Source: an uncultured Prevotella sp.
GTDB taxonomy: Bacteria > Bacteroidota > Bacteroidia > Bacteroidales > Bacteroidaceae
Length of the DNA stretch: 61,107 nt
Direction of reading: 5' to 3'
Assembly (NCBI GenBank): GCA_900550635.1
Contig: URSZ01000001.1
Location: 1-61,107, forward strand
In this document: piece by piece, positions 55,541 through 61,107 of the stretch
How positions within the stretch are numbered: the stretch's first letter is position 1
Layout: the number at the start of each line of letters is the position of its first letter
Notes under the pieces: generated by a model
Told to the model about the DNA's origin: nothing
Seen by the model: the letters and a program-made list of their open reading frames with translations, nothing else
Databases searched by the model: none
Program-made: the position numbers and the translations under genes

Positions 55541-55699
55541 ATGAAACGTACATTCCAACCACACAACCGCAAAAGACATAACAAGCACGGTTTCCGCAAA
55601 CGTATGCAGACGGCCAACGGCCGCAGAGTCTTGGCTTCGCGCCGCGCAAAAGGGCGCAAGAAGCTCACCATATCCGACGAAGTTCACGGAAAACGCTAA
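55541..55699 (+). CDS. rpmH: 50S ribosomal protein L34 (52 aa; below the ORF-track cutoff)
   Basis: My translation is [52 protein letters not shown]. Confidence 0.95.
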   Translation: MKRTFQPHNRKRHNKHGFRKRMQTANGRRVLASRRAKGRKKLTISDEVHGKR

Positions 55700-55780
55700 A
55701 AAGGCTTGTAAAACGCCAAGCAAACAAGAAGAAGTAGAGGTTTGAACAGCTGAACCTTTACTTCTTTTGCATTTTGTTGC

Positions 55781-55788
55781 TATCTTTG
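55781..55788 (+). promoter_or_regulatory. -7 promoter box (TAnnTTTG)
   Basis: TATCTTTG lies 37 nt upstream of the ATG at 55825. Confidence 0.5.
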
Positions 55789-55824
55789 CTTGAAATCCAA
55801 ATCCTCCGACAAACCCATACCGGC

Positions 55825-56481
55825 ATGAGTAAAAAGAAAAAAAGCCCGAAACGTTCAGGCCTTTACCTGTGGGGCAACCTGCTTGCCATGGTGGTGGTAG
55901 TATGCCTGCTGGTGTTCCTTACATTCAAAGGGCTGGAAATCTACACGCGCCACGGCCAGGACATAACAGTACCCAGCTTGAAAGGCATGTCGTACGAGAA
56001 AGCAAAGATAACGCTTGAAAGCCTCAAGTTGCAATGCAACGTCGCCGACTCGGGCTACATGCCGCGGCTGCCGGCTAACACAGTGCTCGACCAGTCGGTC
56101 AAGACAGGCAGCAAAGTCAAGGAAGGACGAGTTATAAACGTTACCATAAACTCGGCAACGCCGCCCACCATCGTAATGCCCGACCTGGCCGACAACAGTT
56201 CGCTGCGGGAAGCCCAGTCAAGGCTGCGCGCCATAGGACTGACCCTTACACCCACCGAATACATCAACGGAGAGAAAGACTGGGTGTACGAAGTAAAATG
56301 CGACGGGAAAAACATTGCCGCCGGCACACGCATATCCATTACCTCGAAAATAACACTCGTGGCAGGAGACGGGATGACAAACGAATACTTCCAGTTTGAA
56401 GACGACTCGCTTTGGAACGACGACAGTTACGGCGAAGAAGTAAACTTTGACGAAATCAAGGAAAATGAAATTTCCGAGTAA
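55825..56481 (+). CDS. PASTA-domain membrane protein
   Basis: One N-terminal TM segment, then two PASTA-like repeats (ITVPSLKGMSYEKAKITLESLKL..., IVMPDLADNSSLREAQSRLRAIGL...). Confidence 0.75.
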   Translation: MSKKKKSPKRSGLYLWGNLLAMVVVVCLLVFLTFKGLEIYTRHGQDITVPSLKGMSYEKAKITLESLKLQCNVADSGYMPRLPANTVLDQSVKTGSKVKEGRVINVTINSATPPTIVMPDLADNSSLREAQSRLRAIGLTLTPTEYINGEKDWVYEVKCDGKNIAAGTRISITSKITLVAGDGMTNEYFQFEDDSLWNDDSYGEEVNFDEIKENEISE

Positions 56482-57568
56482 CGAAACCGAAAGCCTGCCC
56501 ATTCCGGCAGAAGACACCTTTACACCAGACGACGAAGCCCTTGCCGACGACGAAAGCGGGCAACTATACGAACATTTCCGCATAACAGCCGACAAAGGGC
56601 AGCAGCTACTGCGTATAGACAAGTTCCTGTTCGACCACCTGCCCGGAACATCGCGCAACAGAATACAAAAGGCGGCCGAAGTGGGCTTCGTGCACGTTAA
56701 CGACAAGCCGGTAAAAAGCAACTACCGCGTAAAGCCGTTCGACGTCGTAACGCTTATGCTCGACCGCCCGAGGTACGAAACCACCATCGAACCCGAAGAC
56801 ATTCCCCTCGACATAGTTTATGAAGACGACAGCCTGATGGTTGTAAACAAACCAGCCGGGCTCGTGGTACACCCGGGGCACGGGAATTATACCGGCACAC
56901 TCGTTAACGCCATAGCCTGGCACATGCGCAATAACCCGGCCTACGACCCGAACGACCCGGCCGTAGGACTGGTACACAGAATAGACAAAGACACATCGGG
57001 GCTGCTCGTAATAGCAAAGACACCTGAAGCAAAAACAAGCCTGGGCCTGCAGTTCTTCAACAAAACTACGCGACGGAGATACGAGACGCTCGTATGGGGC
57101 GACTTCGCCGAACAGGAAGGCACAGTAGAGGGAAACATAGCACGCAATCCCAAAGACCGCCTGCAGATGAGTGTCTTTCCGCCCGGCTCTGGAATAGGAA
57201 AAACCGCCGTTACCCACTACCGCGTAATCGAACGCTTCGGATACGTAACCCTTCTCGAATGCCGTCTTGAAACAGGACGCACACACCAAATCCGTGCTCA
57301 CATGCGACATATCGGACACCCAGTATTCAGCGACGAACGATACGGAGGCGACGAGATACTGCGCGGCAAAACATCGAACAGTTACAAGCAATTCATTACT
57401 AACTGCTTTAAAATATGCCCGCGCCAGGCGCTCCATGCACGAACTTTGGGATTCCTACATCCGGCCCTTGGCAAAGAGATGGACTTTGAAGCGCCGCTAC
57501 CTAAGGACATGGACGAGCTAATCGGGAAATGGAGAAAATTCGCAGGCAGCGCCGCCGACAGGCAATGA
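56465..57568 (+). CDS. rluD: RluA-family 23S rRNA pseudouridine synthase (RluD-like)
   Basis: S4 domain (RIDKFL...SRNRIQK) and the catalytic motif GLVHRIDKDTSGLLVIAK. The ATG at 56465 overlaps the upstream gene's end. Confidence 0.9.
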   Translation: MKFPSNETESLPIPAEDTFTPDDEALADDESGQLYEHFRITADKGQQLLRIDKFLFDHLPGTSRNRIQKAAEVGFVHVNDKPVKSNYRVKPFDVVTLMLDRPRYETTIEPEDIPLDIVYEDDSLMVVNKPAGLVVHPGHGNYTGTLVNAIAWHMRNNPAYDPNDPAVGLVHRIDKDTSGLLVIAKTPEAKTSLGLQFFNKTTRRRYETLVWGDFAEQEGTVEGNIARNPKDRLQMSVFPPGSGIGKTAVTHYRVIERFGYVTLLECRLETGRTHQIRAHMRHIGHPVFSDERYGGDEILRGKTSNSYKQFITNCFKICPRQALHARTLGFLHPALGKEMDFEAPLPKDMDELIGKWRKFAGSAADRQ

Positions 57569-57688
57569 ACTTCGCAAACACAAACAACAGCAGACACACA
57601 TTATTATATTAAGGCTGCAGAAATTTCCAACCACAAAACCCTTACAAAAAACAAATATACGGCAACAAGGCCGCCAAAAACAAAAGAA

Positions 57689-58681
57689 ATGAAACGCACA
57701 ATAGCTATTGTAGCAGGAGGCGACTCCTCTGAGCACGATGTTTCGTTAAGAAGCGCACAAGGTATAAAATCGTTCCTTGAAGAAACAGAATATGTAACTT
57801 ACATCGTTGAAATCAAAGGCACGAAATGGGAAGCCCATACGGGAAACGGCCTCCGCGCAAAGGTTGATTTGAACGATTTCTCATTCATAGACAACGGCAC
57901 TAAGGTAAAACCCGACTACGCATACATCACAATCCACGGCACGCCGGGCGAAAACGGCATTCTCGAAGGATATTTCGACCTCATAAAGCTACCATACTCA
58001 ACGAGCGACGTATTGGTCGAGGCCATGACGTTCAACAAATTTGCCCTTAACCAGTTTCTCAGCGCACAGGGAGTCAATATAGCAAAGAGCGTGCTTATCC
58101 GCAAAGGGCAAGCCTCACGCCCCACAGACAAGGATATTATAAACACGGTAGGCCTGCCCTGCTTTGTAAAACCCAACGCAGGCGGCAGCAGTTTCGGAGT
58201 AACAAAAGTCAAGCATGCCGAAGACCTCGACACAGCTATCGATAAAGCCATGGCCGAAAGTCCCGAAGTCATAATAGAAAGTTTCATGCAAGGCACCGAG
58301 ATTACCTGCGGCTGCTACAAGACAAAGACATCCGGCGTTGTTTTCCCTATTACCGAAGTTGTTACGTCAAACGAATTCTTCGACTACAACGCCAAATACA
58401 ACGGCCAGGTAAAGGAAATCACTCCTGCACGCCTTAGCGCAGAAACAACAGCCCGCGTACAGGCAGAAACGTCGAAGATTTACGACCTTCTCGGCTGCCG
58501 CGGAATAATACGCATTGACTATATCCTCACGGGCACGCAAGGAAACGAACAGATAAACCTGCTCGAAATAAACACCACGCCCGGCATGACAGCCACGAGC
58601 TTCATACCCCAGCAAGTCAGGGCTGCCGGGCTTAAGATGTCCGACGTGCTTAGCGACATAATAGAGGACAGTTTCTGCTGA
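57689..58681 (+). CDS. ddl: D-alanine--D-alanine ligase
   Basis: IAIVAGGDSSEHDVSLRSA ... IHGTPGENGILEGYFDL ... EINTTPGMT. Confidence 0.95.
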   Translation: MKRTIAIVAGGDSSEHDVSLRSAQGIKSFLEETEYVTYIVEIKGTKWEAHTGNGLRAKVDLNDFSFIDNGTKVKPDYAYITIHGTPGENGILEGYFDLIKLPYSTSDVLVEAMTFNKFALNQFLSAQGVNIAKSVLIRKGQASRPTDKDIINTVGLPCFVKPNAGGSSFGVTKVKHAEDLDTAIDKAMAESPEVIIESFMQGTEITCGCYKTKTSGVVFPITEVVTSNEFFDYNAKYNGQVKEITPARLSAETTARVQAETSKIYDLLGCRGIIRIDYILTGTQGNEQINLLEINTTPGMTATSFIPQQVRAAGLKMSDVLSDIIEDSFC

Positions 58682-58774
58682 GCCCGCACAAAAATCCCCA
58701 AATGCCCGAAGCAAAAGCAGCGCACGGCAAACACGGGACGACCACCATAAAAATACAGATACAGAAACAACGAA

Positions 58775-59932
58775 ATGAACGTTCCATCCGAATTCGACGA
58801 GATACGACCATATAATCCCGAAGAGTTGCCCGGAGTTTTCGAAGAACTTATAAACGACGAAGACTTCCGCAAGGTAATTTCACAGGTATTCCCCGCAATG
58901 CCTTTCGAAGCATTTGCAGCAAGGCTGCGCGCATGCCGCACAAACCAGGAAGTGCAGGAAGCATTCGCTTACGGCTTGCTCGGCGACATAGAGAAGAAAT
59001 GCACAAAAGGCGTAAGCATGGACACCGACGGGCTTTCGCCCGAAAAACGATACACATTCGTCTCCAACCACCGCGACATAGTGCTCGACTCGGCCTACCT
59101 GTCGCGCGAACTGGTGCGCCACCACTTTCCATGCACCGTCGAGATTGCCATAGGCGACAACCTGCTTATTTATCCGTGGATTCGCCGCGTTGTCAGGGTC
59201 AACAAGTCGTTCATCGTGCAGCGCTCGCTGCAAATGCGCGAAATGCTAATGAGTTCCGCACGGATGAGCCGCTATATGCACTATGCCATCAACGTGAAAA
59301 AAGAAAACATCTGGATAGCACAGCGCGAAGGCCGGGCCAAAGACTCCAACGACCGCACCCAGGACTCGATACTGAAGATGATGGCCATGGGCGGCAAGGG
59401 AGATGTGATTGAGAGCCTTACCGACCTGCACATCGTGCCGCTGAGCATTTCATACGAGTACGACCCCTGCGACTTCCTCAAGGCTAAAGAATTCCAACAA
59501 AAGCGCGACAATCCCGACTACGTAAAGACCCGCGAAGACGACCTGCGAAACATGCAAACGGGAATCTTCGGCTACAAAGGACATGTGCATTACAAACCCG
59601 CGCCATGCCTTGACGAATGGCTCGCAAAACTCGACAGCCGCATACACAGGAACGAGATTTTCGACATAACAGCCAAGCACATCGACCGCGAGATATACAA
59701 AGGCTACCGCCTGTATCCCGGGAACTATGCCGCAGCCGACCTGCTGCTCGGCGATAAAAGATTTGCAGGCAAATATTCTGAACAAGAGCTGCAAAACTTT
59801 GAAAAATACATCGCCTCGCGCATTGAAATGGTAGACCTTCCCGACAAGGACACCGCTTTCCTGCGCGAAAGGCTTCTCACCATGTATGCAAACCCCGTAA
59901 TAAACAAGGAACGCGCCCTTGCTGAAGAGTAA
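58775..59932 (+). CDS. Glycerol-3-phosphate/lysophospholipid acyltransferase family protein
   Basis: A VSNHRDIVLDSAYL acyltransferase-type motif. 385 aa. The position after ddl is conserved in Bacteroidales as I recall. Confidence 0.7.
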   Translation: MNVPSEFDEIRPYNPEELPGVFEELINDEDFRKVISQVFPAMPFEAFAARLRACRTNQEVQEAFAYGLLGDIEKKCTKGVSMDTDGLSPEKRYTFVSNHRDIVLDSAYLSRELVRHHFPCTVEIAIGDNLLIYPWIRRVVRVNKSFIVQRSLQMREMLMSSARMSRYMHYAINVKKENIWIAQREGRAKDSNDRTQDSILKMMAMGGKGDVIESLTDLHIVPLSISYEYDPCDFLKAKEFQQKRDNPDYVKTREDDLRNMQTGIFGYKGHVHYKPAPCLDEWLAKLDSRIHRNEIFDITAKHIDREIYKGYRLYPGNYAAADLLLGDKRFAGKYSEQELQNFEKYIASRIEMVDLPDKDTAFLRERLLTMYANPVINKERALAEE

Positions 59933-60611
59933 CGGCAAGCACAAAACGAAACCAACGCCCATTAATGTGACGCATTTTATATATGCTGCCCTCGTAGCGT
60001 CCACAGCGGCGTTTTTCATATCGTGCGAGGACGATAATTACCGCGCTGCAACCCAACGGCTCGACCTTGTCGACTTCATAAGCGACGAAAACGGGCTTTC
60101 CCACAAAATGGTGCTCGACAACGGCGACACGCTGCGCCTCACTCACCCCGAAGGTGGCTTCCTGCCCGACACGATATGCCGCTGCCAGGCTGTGTACAGG
60201 CCTGCCGGAGGGGCAGACAACGGCGTTGTCGAGGTAACGTCCCTGGGGCAAATCCTTACATTGCCCCCGCTGCGATATAACATCGTGTATGCCGACCCCG
60301 TAAGCGTAACATCGGCATGGTTGGGCGGGAACTACCTGAACCTAAGACTTCTGCTCCGCACAAAAGGCTCGGCGCACGCCATCGGGTTCGCCTTTCTGGG
60401 CTATTCCGAGGCGGACAACGGAGCGCAGACGCTCGAACTGATGTTGTATAACAACAGCGGAAACGACGACGAGTATTTCTCGCGCGAGACATTCGTGTCG
60501 TGCGCACTGCACGGCTACATCGACAACCTGAAACCGGGACGCGATTCCGTGGCAATAAAAGTGAACGAATACGACAAGGGTTTCGTAGACCACAGGCTCC
60601 CCCTGCGATAA
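59919..60611 (+). CDS. NigD-like lipoprotein
   Basis: Lipobox AAFFISCEDD, and a C-terminal part resembling the NigD-like domain. The real start may be the GTG at 59967 rather than the TTG at 59919. Confidence 0.6.
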   Translation: MLKSNGKHKTKPTPINVTHFIYAALVASTAAFFISCEDDNYRAATQRLDLVDFISDENGLSHKMVLDNGDTLRLTHPEGGFLPDTICRCQAVYRPAGGADNGVVEVTSLGQILTLPPLRYNIVYADPVSVTSAWLGGNYLNLRLLLRTKGSAHAIGFAFLGYSEADNGAQTLELMLYNNSGNDDEYFSRETFVSCALHGYIDNLKPGRDSVAIKVNEYDKGFVDHRLPLR

Positions 60612-60633
60612 CCCTTTACGGACATATAAAATC

Positions 60634-60815
60634 CGCGAGTCCGTATTTGTCTGCACTTTTGGGGCAATTTTCAAACGGGTTTTCAGGGGGTAAAAAATAG
60701 GTCTGAGATATTTCAAAATATGTCTGACATATTTTGAAATATGTGCCTTGTGTTTTTTCTTTGCTCCAAAGGGAGTATAACGCACTGAAAATTAGTTTTC
60801 ACTTTTTCCTTCCGA
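60634..60815. repeat. Mosaic intergenic repeat, copy 15; same subfamily as copy 14 but inverted
   Basis: CGCGAGTCCGTATTTGTCTGC edge box, CAAACGGGTTTTCAGGGGG, three units at about 60692-60757, TTCTTTGCTCCAAAGGGAG, and CTGAAAATTAGTTTTCAC. Its reverse complement aligns along the whole length of copy 14. Confidence 0.9.
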
Positions 60816-61002
60816 AAAGTGCCATTTTCCGCCTTGTTTTTTCCACTTTCTCACGTATCACCCACAGCCTGCCGGCGGCAAACGCGAGATACCGGCATAC
60901 AACTGAACTGCACGCATTTATCCCAAAACGGTCATTAGGGAATTAAGCAGTAACGTCAAGTGCGGTTCCTTCGCCAACTTACGCACTTCTGCCGCCACCT
61001 GT

Positions 61003-61053
61003 CTTCCCGCCCGGCTTTGCCGTAGCCCGCTACGCCTTCAGCCGGGCGGGAAG
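61003..61053. other. Long perfect hairpin (14-bp stem, 23-nt loop) in non-coding DNA near the window end
   Basis: CTTCCCGCCCGGCT ... AGCCGGGCGGGAAG. It is flanked by a second, imperfect pairing: CTTCGCCAA at about 60969 with TTGGCGAAG at about 61080. Confidence 0.5.
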
Positions 61054-61070
61054 CTATCTGCCAAACATAA

Positions 61071-61107
61071 GCACGCAATTTGGCGAAGCCTAACGGCCGA
61101 TTTGGGA
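61071..61107. repeat. Family B short repeat, copy 2 (truncated by the window end)
   Basis: GCACGCAATTTGGCGAAGCCTAACGGCCGATTTGGGA, compared with 10857-10893. Confidence 0.6.

Noticed and set aside
1-61107. Search for tRNA, rRNA, tmRNA, RNase P, SRP RNA and riboswitch signatures
   Set aside because: Reading by eye, I found no T-loop or anticodon-arm patterns and no conserved cores that I recognise. Absence is not proven without tRNAscan or Infernal.

Overview
This is a GC-rich chromosomal segment that looks like a Bacteroidales (Bacteroidota) genome. The evidence is the conserved gene order ftsX-DUF3098-uppP-truB-queA-folK, several proteins with type IX secretion (T9SS) C-terminal sorting domains, PorZ-like and NigD-like proteins, and TAnnTTTG -7 promoter boxes upstream of many genes.

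I call about 50 protein genes. Most are housekeeping: argS, leuS, rpoN, purE, priA, asd, efp, rpmH, ddl, rluD, tcdA, rdgB and glycosyltransferases. Two real genes fall below the ORF-track size cutoff: a 56-aa 2x[4Fe-4S] ferredoxin and ribosomal protein L34. I saw no rRNA, tRNA or CRISPR.

Two visibly lower-GC accessory insertions stand out:
- A Vsr + type II restriction endonuclease + m5C methyltransferase cassette at 33.8-36.5 kb. It is bracketed by 223-bp direct repeats that differ at one position.
- A roughly 3.45-kb decayed integrative island at 43.1-46.6 kb, inserted in the 3' end of a DUF2795 gene. It carries an Abi_2-type abortive-infection gene, an unknown two-gene module and an internally deleted tyrosine integrase.

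The most unusual signal is not a gene. It is a family of mosaic intergenic repeats with 15 copies in 61 kb, about one per operon boundary. Every copy contains exactly three phased 21-bp AT-rich palindromic units, flanked by conserved hairpin and box modules. I could not search any database, so novelty claims are untested. Element boundaries are read by eye and are approximate (about +/-15 bp).
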